Source: Lama guanicoe
Lineage: Eukaryota
Direction: 5' to 3'
Length of the DNA stretch: 64,000 bases
NCBI GenBank assembly: GCA_013239625.1
Contig: MU054391.1
Coordinates: forward strand, 5,167,824-5,231,823
In this document: piece by piece, positions 51,601 to 62,699 of the stretch
Layout of the letters: the number at the start of each line of letters is the position of its first letter
How positions within the stretch are numbered: the stretch's first letter is position 1
Notes under the pieces: generated by a model
The model's input: the letters and a program-made list of their open reading frames with translations, nothing else
Told to the model about the DNA's origin: nothing
Database searches by the model: none
Position numbers and translations under genes: made by a program

Positions 51601-51759
51601 AAACAGGCAAAAGATGTGTTTTCTGACTCCAGGGATCCTACAGTTTTATTCACACACATAAAAAGAAATTTCGAAATAAATACTGATTCATGAGAATATT
51701 TGACAAATACCAAATCAATTTTACATAGAGGAAGTGGTATAACTCGTCAGAAGAAGGGT

Positions 51760-52030
51760 TATCTCTGTTGTAAAAGGGAGCTTTGAAATAAGTGGGTTTT
51801 GAAAGATGGCTGGGATTTAAAGAGAGAAAGAGACGTGAAGATGACATTTAAATGAGGGAGATGTGGTAGGAGACTGAACAGGGCATGTTTCAGAATACAG
51901 AGTATGCCAGGCTGTTTGGAGGAAAAAATTTCAAGTAAGAAACAATAAGAAATAAGATTGAAAAGGTACAAGAAATGTAGATTATACAGAGCTTTGAGTG
52001 CAGTTCTTAGAAATTTGGGCTTTGTTTTAT
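51760..52030 (-). mobile_element. L2 fragment
   Basis: CTTTGAAATAAGTGGGTTTTGAAAGATGGCTGGGATTT...AGATTATACAGAGCTTTGAGTGC...AAATTTGGGCTTTG. Confidence 0.6.
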
Positions 52031-52044
52031 AATAAACATAACCC

Positions 52045-52140
52045 TTAAAAATTGTCAATTACTATACTGTACACTTGCTTATATAATATTGTACAGCAAC
52101 TATACTTCAAAAATAAATACATTTTAAAAATAAAAAAGGA
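52045..52140 (+). mobile_element. L1MA-type 3' terminus fragment
   Basis: CTATACTGTACACTTG...TATAATATTGTACAGCAACTATACTTCAAAAA. Confidence 0.65.
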
Positions 52141-53599
52141 ATAAGCATTTTTTCCCCACAAAACACACAAATATTTATTGGCAAAGTCAGATTTGTAGAA
52201 AGTGGCTTGATACCAGGATGGGAGTTGGTGGGGTGCACAGCAGGACCTCCATCCTTCAAAGCACCTGACACCCTCTCTGCTCAGGTGCACAAAATACTTC
52301 AATCGTGTCTCATTCTGCACAAAGCAGGAAAAAGTAGGATGACTTTGCATATAACATAATAAATTCAAGCCAGTTTAAAAGGCAAAAGGAACTTTTTATA
52401 GAATTTGGGACATCTCACACGTGATAATTACTCTGAAACCATTATATTGAATTGAGGTTTTAGAATAATCATCTTTAAGATGGCTGGGAAACAAAGAATA
52501 ATAGATATGATGAAAAAAAGAGGATGGTTGTGAACAGCTATTAGATGACCTTGGGCTCAGTAAAAGAGAAGTTGAGATTATTCTAATTCAAGAATCTTCT
52601 GCTCCACGCCTCATTCCTTGGGCTACCTCCATCACCAAGAGGCATGTTTATGACGGAGAGAACAGAATCTCACCGGCTGTTTTCTCTCTCCCTCTTCTGC
52701 AATCAGAGACTGAAAGTTTCCTATCAAAGGCAAACGTTTTCCTAAGAGGAGCTTTCTCCTTTCCTCTCCACTTTGTACTACCATCAGGCACACAAAATAC
52801 TTCAGTCGTGTCTCATTACGCACAAAGCAGGACAAAGCCAGGTGATGCTATTTCTTTTTCAAAACAGGGGGAAGAACAATTCAAAGTATGATGGATAGTC
52901 ATAATTTTTACAGTTCATTTTCCTCCACTGTATATCTCAATCTTACTTTATTTTGAGAATTCATTCAGAGGGCAAACTCCACCCAGCCTGTTAATATTAG
53001 AATAAGCAGCTGTGAAAGCATGATTTGTTTTAAAAGCTGTGAGTACAGGTCAGACAAAACCAACATTACTTCATTTGTTCAAATAAGATTTTAAAAAAGG
53101 AACATTAAGATCAGAGAGGAAAGCAGTCTGGGAAATGTGAACAAGCAAACATTCTCATATCTTTTCTTTTTTTTTCTCTTTTAAGAAACAATTATGAACT
53201 TGTGTGACTTCATAGGGAGAAAAATTTCATGTAAGATTAAACTGCAGTGACAATTATTCCAATTTTATTTAAATTATTCCAATTTTATTTTGAATGCTTT
53301 CATGCATAATTATAAACTTTACTTTGTTATAAATAAAGTATACCTAATATGCTGTGTTCTTGTTTTTTTTATTTTATATAAAATGTCCATGTATTGACAT
53401 GTGTTAGCACACTTGTCATTTTAATATCCTTAGTGCAGCCCATCATGTTGACATAACCCCTTTGTACTTAGGAGTTGGAGAGTGAGTTAGAGCGTTTTAA
53501 TACCGTTACAAGGCTTTTCTCCAACTACAAATTGATTTCATATGTGTAGACAAACAGCCAAGTGGAGCAGTACAAAGAAGGAGTAAGGAAAGTCCTCAT

Positions 53600-54420
53600 G
53601 TGAAGGATTTTATTGTGGTTGCTATTTTCAGGAGTAAGGAGTAACTTCTGTTTGTGAGTTTTTCTATACCAAAAAAACCCCACTGGGGCAAGGCAACAAT
53701 TCATTTCAGAGGGCTGGAAGGACAGGCTGAAGAGAGCTGAGTACTAGTTACTGAGCTTCTGTCCATGAGCACCACAATCACCCTTTCATACTCCGGGATG
53801 TTGGCGCCGGGGCTCTGAAAACCACATTTCCACTTTGCCAGCGGCTCCCTGTCTGGCCCTGGCAATAGAGGCGCTGGGGGAAGTCTTCAGGCTGGAGGGG
53901 AGGAAGGAACTTGTTTCTTCCTACTTGCTTCCTGGTGTCTTCCTGTCTACTTCCTGTGTGATTTCTGCTACTTCCTGTGTGACTTCTGTCTGTGGTGTGT
54001 GACTTCCTGTCTGCGTGCTGTTCCTGTTCCCCACTGTGGCAGCTGCAGTTCCTTCCTGAAGTATCTGAATCCAGTTCAGAGCTGGGACTCAGAATCTTAA
54101 GGAAAGGCACAGGCTGACTGTGATTGTACACTAAGGGGGTGTGATGAGGAAGAAAGTTGGATGCTGGCACCAACTGCTGCTGCTGAGGTGAAAAGCCATC
54201 ACTGGGGAAAACCGATGGGAAGAGCAAGCAAAACAGGAAGGATCAACTCCCCCCTCTCCATTTCTACCTTTAAGTCTCCTGTTGTGCCTCCTCTGTTGAG
54301 ACAAGCTAACTCCTTCTGACAAAGGAGGGGTGTTTTTCTCAGAGTCTCAGCCCCTTCTCACAGAGCAGCACAGAGAACGCTAGAGTTAGAGCTGAGAAAC
54401 AATCGCGTACTAGCTGGTGC
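53600..54420. mobile_element. Old ERV LTR-like element (family uncertain) containing an ~11-bp-period CTTCCTG array
   Basis: The 3' part CAGAGTCTCAGCCCC...CACAGAGCAG...GAGCTGAGAAACAAT resembles ancient eutherian LTR termini. Confidence 0.45.
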
Positions 54421-54592
54421 AAGCACAGTGCTAAATAGGAGTGGAGACAGCTGTGTCTTAGCTTTGTTTCTATATTTAAAAGAGGAGAGACGCTAGTATT
54501 TTCCATTAAATACTCAATGCTGAATTCATTTCAAATATGTCCTGTACTCTTTATCATGTAAACCAATGAATATTCCATTCCTATTACTTTTA

Positions 54593-54752
54593 TTTTATTT
54601 TATTTTATTGAGTGAAGGTAGATTTATTCAGAGAGACATATTGAAAGGCAGAGAAAGGCCACAAGATGTGGGGGTTGGGTGCTCAGATTAAAAGCAGGTA
54701 CACACTCCATAGACAGAGTGCGGGCCATCTCCGAAGAGGGAGAGAGAGGGGC
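54593..54752 (-). mobile_element. Polyadenylated retrocopy of an LTR R-region-like sequence with 14-bp TSD
   Basis: Minus strand GCCCCTCTCTCTCCCTCTTCGGAGATGGCCCGCACTCTGTCTATGGAGTGTG...CTGAATAAATCTACCTTCACTC plus (AATAA)n tail; TSD TCCTATT(A/G)CTTTTA at 54579 and 54753. Confidence 0.7.
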
Positions 54753-55090
54753 TCCTATTGCTTTTAGATATTTATGCTTAGTCAAGTAGACGTTGCTTCT
54801 TGACATTTATCAAAATGGTTGTATGTTTTTATTATTTTGTGTTAATATTCCAGGTTTTATAGTTGACTTTATGAGTGTTATTTTAGTCATAAATAAGTAA
54901 ACTGTTGTGGTCATCCTGCAGGAACAGGATGGAACCCCCACCCCACATGAAAGTTGGTTTGGATGCTGAGAAGAATGACACCATATATACACCAAGAAGT
55001 GTTTAAAGATGTTTTACTCACATAATGGACTTTTTGGGACGAGCAGAGCAGGTTCCCAAGTCAGTACAAAAATGGCTTGAGAGGGGAAAA

Positions 55091-55275
55091 GGAATAGATA
55101 AACAGCAAGGTCCTACTGTAGAGCACAGGGAACTCTATCCAGTACCTTGTTATAAGAGCTTATAATGAAACAGTATGAAAAAGAATGTGTGTCTGTGTGT
55201 GTGTGTGTCTGAATCACTATGCTCTACACCAGAAATTTACAAACATTATAATCAAAATATTCTTAAATTCAAAAG
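55091..55275 (+). mobile_element. Short young L1 3' end
   Basis: ATAGATAAACAGCAAGGTCCTACTGTAGAGCACAGGGAAC...CACCAGAAATTTACAAACATT. Confidence 0.85.
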
Positions 55276-55277
55276 GT

Positions 55278-55425
55278 GGGGAGGGTATAGCTCAGTGGTA
55301 GAGTGCTTGCCTAGCATGCATGAATGAGGTCCTAGGTTCAATCCTCAGTACTGCCATTAAAATAAATAAACAAATAAACCTGATTACCTCCCCTTCCCCC
55401 AAAAAAATTACTTAAAGAAAAAAAG
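55278..55425 (+). mobile_element. tRNA-Ala-derived SINE (Vic-1 type)
   Basis: GGGGAGGGTATAGCTCAGTGGTAGAG...GGTTCAATCC...AATAAACCTGATTACCTCCCC. Confidence 0.92.
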
Positions 55426-55667
55426 AGAGGGGTTGTGGGGAAAGGGAGACTGGCTTGGCTTTATTGTGGTTAAGGGCTGGGCCTGGGGTGAGGGTATCCA
55501 TGCATGGGCTAGAACTTGTGTGGTTTGAACTTCCTTCTGATGCCAAAGGAAGGAGCACCCAGGCCTTCTTATTAGCTTTTCCAGATGTGGGGCAGAATGG
55601 GAAGAGGGAGGGATGGGATTTGAAATCTACCAGTGGTCAAACATCAGAAATGGAGTCATATCAACTG

Positions 55668-56932
55668 AAGGAATAGAAATAGCCCAGAGACAAATTCACA
55701 CATTTATAGCAAACTGCTCTTTGACAGGGGGCAAGACTACACAATGGGGAAAGTTTTGTCTCTTCAAAAATGGTGCTCAGAAAATTGGATAGCCACACGT
55801 GAGAGAATGAAGTTGGACCTTTATCTTACACCATACACATACACAAAAAATTCAAAATAGACTAAAGACTTTAACATAATACCTGAAACTAAAACTCCCA
55901 GAAAAAAAAACACAAGGGACAAATTTCTTGACATTGACGTTGGCAATGATTTCTTGGACATGACCCCAAAAGCACAGGCAACAAAAGCAAAAATAGACAA
56001 ACGGGACTAGATCAAACTAAAAAGCTTCTTCACAGCAAAGGAAACAATGAGCAAAGTGAAAAGGCAAACAACAGAGCAGGAGAAAATAATTGCAAGCCGT
56101 ATACCTGATAAAGGGTTAATATTCAAAATATATACGGCACTTCTGCAATTCAGTACCAAAAAAAACAGAAAACAAACAAACAGAAAAACAAAAACCCAAA
56201 TCAGCCGATCAACCAACCAACAAAGAAAACCAACCAAACAACCTGAATAAAAAATGGGCAAAACCCTGAGCAGACAGTTCCCCGAAGAAGACATACACAT
56301 GGCCAGTGGGTATACGAAATGGTTCTCAACCTCATTCATCATCAGGGAAATACAAATCAAAACCACAATGAGGTATCATCTCTTATCTGTTAGGGTGGCT
56401 ATTGCCGAAAGACTAAATGTAACAAATGTTGACCAGGATGTGGTAAAAAGGGAATCCTTGTATATTGCTAGTGGGAAGGTAAGTTGGTACAGCCACTATG
56501 GAAAACAGTAGAGAGTTTCCTCAAAAAAATTAAAAATAGATCTTCCATATGATCGGGCAGTCCCATTTTGGGGTACACATCCGAAAGAAAATTAAAATCA
56601 AGATCTCAAATAGCTGTACTCCCATGTTTATAGCAGCATTACTTACAATACCAGAGACGTCCATCGACAGATGAATGGATAAAGCAAGTGTGATATATAC
56701 ACACAACAGAATATTAATCAGCTTTTTGAAAAAAAGAAAGAAATCCTGCCAATTGCTACAAAATGGATGAACTTGGAAGACATTACAGGAGAGCAAATAC
56801 TACACAATACGGCTCCTACCAGGAATCTGATATAGTCAAACTCAGAAAAGCACAGAGTAGAATGGTGGTCAGCGGAGGCTGGCAGGAGTGAGGTGTTGGT
56901 CAAAGAGTGCATAGTTTCACTTTAAAAAAAAC
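55668..56932 (+). mobile_element. L1 (L1MA/MB-type) ORF2 3' part + 3' UTR
   Basis: Track peptides [27 protein letters not shown] and LSRQFPEEDIHMA...IIREIQIKTTMRYHL are L1 ORF2 motifs. Confidence 0.92.
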
Positions 56933-56962
56933 TGAGTCAGGCTGTTCCATCAACTTTACTTT

Positions 56963-57348
56963 TTTTATGGGCTGAATTGTGTCCCTCCAAAATTCACATG
57001 TTGAAGCCCTAACTCCTAGGACCTCAGAATATGACCCTATTTAGAACTATGGTCTTTAAAGAGGTAATTCATTTAAATGAGGTCATTAGGGTGGGCCCTA
57101 ATCCAATACTACTAGTGTCCTTACAAGAAGAGGAAATTAGGACACAGACATGACAGAGGGAAGGCCAAGTGAAGACACAGGGAGAAGACAACCGTCTACA
57201 AACCAGAAGAAAGGCCTCTTAGAAGAGGCCTGAAAACACCTTGACCTTGGACGTCTGGCCTCCAGAGAGCTGTGAGGGAATACACTTCTGCTGTTTAAGC
57301 CACCCAGTCTGTGGCACTTTTTTATGGCAGCCCTAGCAAACTAATACA
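56963..57348 (+). mobile_element. MLT1B-like MaLR solo LTR, full length
   Basis: TTATGGGCTGAATTGTGTCCCTCCAAAATTCA...GAGGTCATTAGGGTGGGCCCTAATCCAATA...GGCAGCCCTAGCAAACTAATACA. Confidence 0.9.
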
Positions 57349-58039
57349 CTTGGTTGTAACAGATATATTTTGATACATCATTAAATTTGATTAAGACCCA
57401 TTAAATTGGATGCACTTGAGCATCTTAAAATTATGTTCTGAATATGAGCATATTCGATTTCTGACTTCTCTCGAGGTACAGCATGGAAGAAGAAACACAA
57501 GGTAATGCAATAAATACTTCCATCTAGAAAAGAGGGGGCGACCGCAGAGGAAAGGCTCTTCAGTCGCACTGTACACTGGCCTGTCATTTGGGCCAGAAGA
57601 TCCCCAAGCATCAGTTTGTTGAGCTTCCCTTCCCTGGCAGCGGAGTAGATTTCTTGATCCGGTTTTGACTACTGAGAATATTTGCTTTTTCTGGTTTGCT
57701 TGTGTACCACCTCTGAGAGGAGCACTATAGATAAAGAACTACGTTTGGCTGGGCAAGTGTGAGTGACTCTGTGTGTGCACCATATCCCTAGCAGATCTCT
57801 TCCACTTACCGTCCCATTCTTTGTGGCCAGGTCTAGGAATAGATAAAGGGGCTGAGATTCTCTGCTAAGACAAGCATAGATCTTTTATCACCGGGATTGG
57901 ATTGTCTTTTCTGGAAAGAACTCCTGGAGCAGTGGAGTGAGGCATCTATCAGTTCCACCTGGGGGAGACTCAGCACGAAGCAATGTCAGTGATTTAATCT
58001 CACCGATCTCAGAGCCTCCCTGCCCACGCGTCTGTGGGC

Positions 58040-58260
58040 CTTACGGTGCGGTGGGTGAGAGTGTAGATTCTCAAGTCAGATTGACCTGTTTTGGAATCTT
58101 GGCCCTTCCTACTCATGTGCTCTTGCACACATTCTTGCTCTGAATCTATTTCCACACCTGTAAATGGTTAAGAAGAGTGCTCACAAAAAGTCATTTGTCA
58201 TTACAGCACATCAAACACTTAGCCGTGGAAAACATTAAAGACTGAACAAGCACTATTTAT
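58040..58260 (+). mobile_element. MIR
   Basis: GAGTGTAGATTCTCAAGTCAGA...GAATCTTGGCCCTTCCTACT...TTTCCACACCTGTAAATGG. Confidence 0.55.
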
Positions 58261-58593
58261 GATGGTGGTTGTGGTGCTGATCAGGCGTCTTAGAAACTGA
58301 AGAAATAACATTAAGCCGTGTTCTCGTGACACCTCCTACTTAGCAACCCTGGCCTGGCATCGGTGAGCAACATTCCCCACCCCTTAACAGTGTTGGCCAA
58401 AGAACATGGATGGGGAATCGCAGGTTCCAGTAGCTTAGGACTTTGTGTTCAGCCTCACGCTGCCTCCCAAGTCCAGCTGGAAAAATCTGTGGAGGGTTCA
58501 GGAGATCAGAGTGCCACACTTTACCACGTGGACCCGGAAAGCTCCAGTCCACCTGCCAGACTGCCCAGTCTTTCCTAATCGGGGCATGAACTT

Positions 58594-59294
58594 GATCTAT
58601 CTATTTATTTTGATCTTTGACTTTTTTATTGAGTATAGTTGATTTACAATGTCGTGTTAATTTCTGGTGTACAGCATAGTGATTCATTTATACATATATA
58701 TTCCTTTTCATATTCTTTTTCATTGTAGGCTATTACAAGATTTTGAATATAGTTCCTTGTACTATACAGTAGGTACTTGTTATTTCTCTATTTTATATAC
58801 ATAGTAGTGTGTATCTGTTAATCTCAAACTCCTAATTTATTCCTCTTACCCCCTTTACGCTTTGCTAACCATAAGTTTGTTTTCTATGTCTGTGAGTCTG
58901 GCTCTGTTTTGTAAATAAGTTCATTTGTGTCCTTTTTTTAGATTTCATGTATAAGTGGTATATGGTGTTTGTCTTTCACTGACTTACTTCACTTAGAATG
59001 ATGATCTCTAGGTCCATCCATGTTGCTGCAAATGGCATCATTCATTCTTTTTTATGTCTGAGTAATATTCCCATGTATATATACCACAACTTCTTTATCT
59101 AGTCATCTGTCAATGGACATTTAAGTTGTTTCCATGTCTTGGCTATTGTTAATAGTGCTGCTGTGAACATTGGGGTATATGTGTCTTTTCAAATTAGTTT
59201 CCTCTGGAATGCCCAGGAGTGGGTTTGCTGGATCGTATTCTAAGTCTGTTTTTAGTTTTTTAAGGAATTGCCTTACTGTTTTCCATAATAGCTA
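58594..59294 (-). mobile_element. Young L1 3' end with TSD
   Basis: TTTATTGAGTATAGTTGATTTACAATGTCGTGTTAATTTCTGGTGTACAGC...GGTCCATCCATGTTGCTGCAAATGGC; TSD GGCAT(G/T)AACTT at 58583 and 59295. Confidence 0.9.
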
Positions 59295-60946
59295 GGCATT
59301 AACTTTAGACACAGGAAATTAGCTGACATGCTTCTGAAACGTAGATTAATTTCTCTGTCTGGCCTTCCACCCTCTCAGAACAATGGCTCTGCTTTCCTCC
59401 ATCTCTTGTAGAAAGAGCCACAAATAAACTGGCTTTCACATCCCAGAGTATCTTCTGTAATAATGTCTTAATTGCAGTGACTGGTTTCTTTGGTATCAAT
59501 ATTACTGCTATGGTGGCTCTTATTTAATTATCCAGGGTGATTCATTTTACTGGCATCTTTACTGTCTGTTCATAGAATTCAGCTGTACTTTGGGTTTTCT
59601 CTGCTGGAGCATCGTCAGCCCCACTGTGTCTCAGCTGCGACGGTTCCCCTCTTGACAACTCCCACTGATGTCTCATAGGTTTCTCTGAGAACATTCATAG
59701 CACAGCAGGGGTACAGAGCATTCCTTTTCAACAGTCTTTCTTTTCTCTTTCTTCTCTTTTGCAAAAGTAACTTGGTATCAATTCATTCAAGGCGCCTTTG
59801 AAACAGTTCTGCTGCTTTTGCAACTGTAGGTGTGCCGTCAGCATTCTTTTTCATTGTTTTGAATATTTTAATTGAGGTTTCCTTTGACATAGCTTGGTGT
59901 GGTGGTCCTTTTATCTTTCTGGCAAATGTTCTATCATTTATTATAGTTAAAGGTGTGTATTTCTGTAACATAGCTATCTCGTGATATCCTACGGCTGGTC
60001 ATGATTTTCTCTAGTTAGGTCTGTTTAAACAAGACGTATCTGGTTTCCTGATCCAGGCAGCAAAGCACTAATTCTATTATAACTATATTTTGTCTAATTT
60101 AATCTTTACCTTGACAACATCTCCTAAATACTGCACTTGCTCAATTTTCTAGTGGTATTAGAAAAAGAATTTTAAGAAGAATATTACAATATTAAAAACA
60201 TTAGCTCCAGACAGTAACTGTTACCATCCTTTGGAATGCTTTGCCACAAAGAACTCTGGAAGCAGAGTCGGTGGCGAAAGGATGGACTGTTGCAAAGGGA
60301 GTTCATGTTTTAGGTGGATGCCACGACCGGATGGTTCTTAAGGTGCCCCCCCCATCTAGAAGATTCTGTGCTTACTCCCTAAGGTCACAGAACCATTCAG
60401 CCCCTCTGCAATGCTATAACTACGATTCCTTTTTGCTCTATTGCTTCTCCATCACCACTGTGGTGGTATTTCTGAGCAAATACCTGCAAGGCAGCGTTAT
60501 CAAATAAGGAAACATCGTCGTTAATTTATGGTGTCTTAGAAGCAAAGCAAAACCTACTCTAATATTTTTACTGCTTTAAAAACAAACATCTTTCTTGCTC
60601 CACTTCAAACCACCCACTCCAGCCAGTGCTGCTAGACTGGTCTGCTCCGGCTTTGACCAGTTTCACATGGGTGCTCCTGACAGACCTTGCCTGAGGCCCG
60701 CCCATCTCACCCCTCCCTTCCAGCCCGGCACTCCCAGCGGGGAAACTGTGAGTCTCTCTGCACTCAGGCACGCAGGACCCACACCTGTGGGAGATCACGC
60801 TCCCCTGGACCAGACAGGTGTGGGAGCCAGTGACTAAAAGCCTCTCCCTTTGAACCCAGCACAGAGTTCTGAGACACATCCCAAGGCTACCGTGATCCCA
60901 CATGCCACGATCCCATGTGACTCAGCTGGTCCCCTCCAGTGGCAGC

Positions 60947-61949
60947 TGTTGGGGAAATACAATTAGAATCAAAATCTCCCAGCTCAGAAATCGTCTCCAC
61001 AATGGTGGTAGAAAAAGAAAAGATTTTTATGATTGAATGAGCATTAAACCTGAACATGACATGCATCACAGGCCATCTGCCAAGAAACTGCAGAGACAGA
61101 AGAATCTCACTGCCCTACACGGCCAGGCAGACACAGCCCACCCTGGTCCAGATAAACAGTAACTAGTCCTCCAGGGCCATGACTTGACAGTACCCTTTGT
61201 CTCTGCACATAGTTCATCCCAGCTGTACCTGGTGGTTTGGGTTATGCAGCAGAAAAGCAAACGTCTATCTTTATGACTGGAGGTAGTTTTGCAAATTGGA
61301 GCACAACATCCACCAAAGTGAGGCGCCTCCCTTCCCACAGGGATTGCGAGGTAGAGGAACTACCTTTCCTCCAGAAGCCATCATTTACTTATTTATTTGT
61401 TTGTTTGATTGATTTTTTTTAATTTTGCAAGTGATTTTTACTTATCTCCTTTTTTTTTAATGTTACTTTCAATGGGGAACTACTTATTTAATATTCTACT
61501 TGTTTTGTTTATAGGGGTTTTTCGTTTTGGGTTTTTTTGTGTGGGGGAGGTAATTAGGTTTATTTATTTATTTAAATGGGGGTGCTGGGGATTGAACCCA
61601 GAACCTCATGCATGCTAAACATGTGCTCTAACCATGGAGCTATAGCCTCCCCTGGACCTACTTCTTTTGATGCTTATAGTCCAAAAAGATGATTCTCAAA
61701 ATATTTGCCTTTTAAGAGATGTCTCCCAGGTTCTTGAGAAAGACATTCCAGGGTCATAAAGCTTGGGGGAAAAAAAAAAAACAGCTGACAAAAGACCTAT
61801 GTATTCAAAGAAATACATTTTAAAGAGATGAGAAAGTACTTAAGCGTCTTCTAAAGTAAATGCTCTGAGAAAAGGGAGAGAGAAATCTCTTTCCCCCTTT
61901 CAGCGGGGAAGATTAAGACTTTTATTTTTAGTTTGCATTTGTCCTTACA
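60947..61949 (-). mobile_element. ERV1 solo LTR (MER89/MER90-like) interrupted by a SINE
   Basis: TG...CA ends (TGTTGGGG...GTCCTTACA); TTGAATGAGCATTAAACC...CATCACAGGC and GGTTCTTGAGAAAGACATTCC motifs. Confidence 0.65.
61490..61652 (-). mobile_element. tRNA-Ala-derived SINE (Vic-1 type)
   Basis: GGGGGAGGTAATTAGGTTTATTT...GGGATTGAACCCAGAACCTCATGCATGCTAAAC; degenerate TSD GGAACTACTTATT / GGACCTACTTCTT. Confidence 0.9.
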
Positions 61950-62699
61950 GAGCAGATGCAGTAATGTATCTTGTGTTAAGTTTCCCTCCTTCCCGCTGCC
62001 TGGGGTCCCTTAAAAGTCCACCCCCTCAAAAAAGCCTGCTTAGTGGGGAGCCCCAGGTGGGGTACTCATAACAAAGGCACTCTGTAACAAAAAAAATGCC
62101 CTCTAACAAAACATCATAATTAAAATTAAAAGGCAAAGAAATCGGGGGGGAACATTTGTTACAAGTGAGGGACAAGTAATATTCTAATATACTAAAAAAA
62201 ATAAGTGTGCAAATTAATAAAAATACCAAACCTTCCCCCAAATTGCAAATTTAAATTGGAAACCTTTCCCTCCCACCAGTTATTATACACTTTTAAAAGA
62301 TAATATTGTATTTAATCAAACCTAAGATGCATTAGTGATGATGTACCATTATGTTATGAGCCATTAAGAAAGGAAAAATGCCACCTGTACAACCATAACC
62401 CCTTTTTTTCACTTGATGTATAATTTTATTTCACGTAAAATAAAATGAAGGCATCAAGCCTTAAATGTAGGCTTCTGAAATGTAAATTGCTGATGTTTGT
62501 GAGACAGATTTAGTCTCTTCACTAGAATTTTAATTATTGCAAGGCTCGCCTTAGCCTGAATGACAACTTACATTATCATTATCACCTAAACAAGCACTGA
62601 ATCAAGAAAATGGAAAACCAAATATAAATTAAACACTAACTACCGCAATCCTTTAATGGGTGGAGTGCCAGCAACATACAAGTTCTGTTTTGTTTTTGT

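Larger units (their letters stand above)
54903..55665 (-). mobile_element. ERV solo LTR (family uncertain) interrupted by L1 + SINE
   Basis: The minus strand begins TGA...TGACTCCATTTCTGATGTTTGACC...CCCACATCTGGAAAAGCTAATAAGAAGGCCTGGGTGCTCC, an LTR-type 5' end. Confidence 0.65.

Noticed and set aside
59305..59971. Two minus ORFs (62 and 64 aa) suggesting a processed pseudogene
   Set aside because: No recognisable protein, and no poly(A) tail or TSD. It would need a BLASTX hit.
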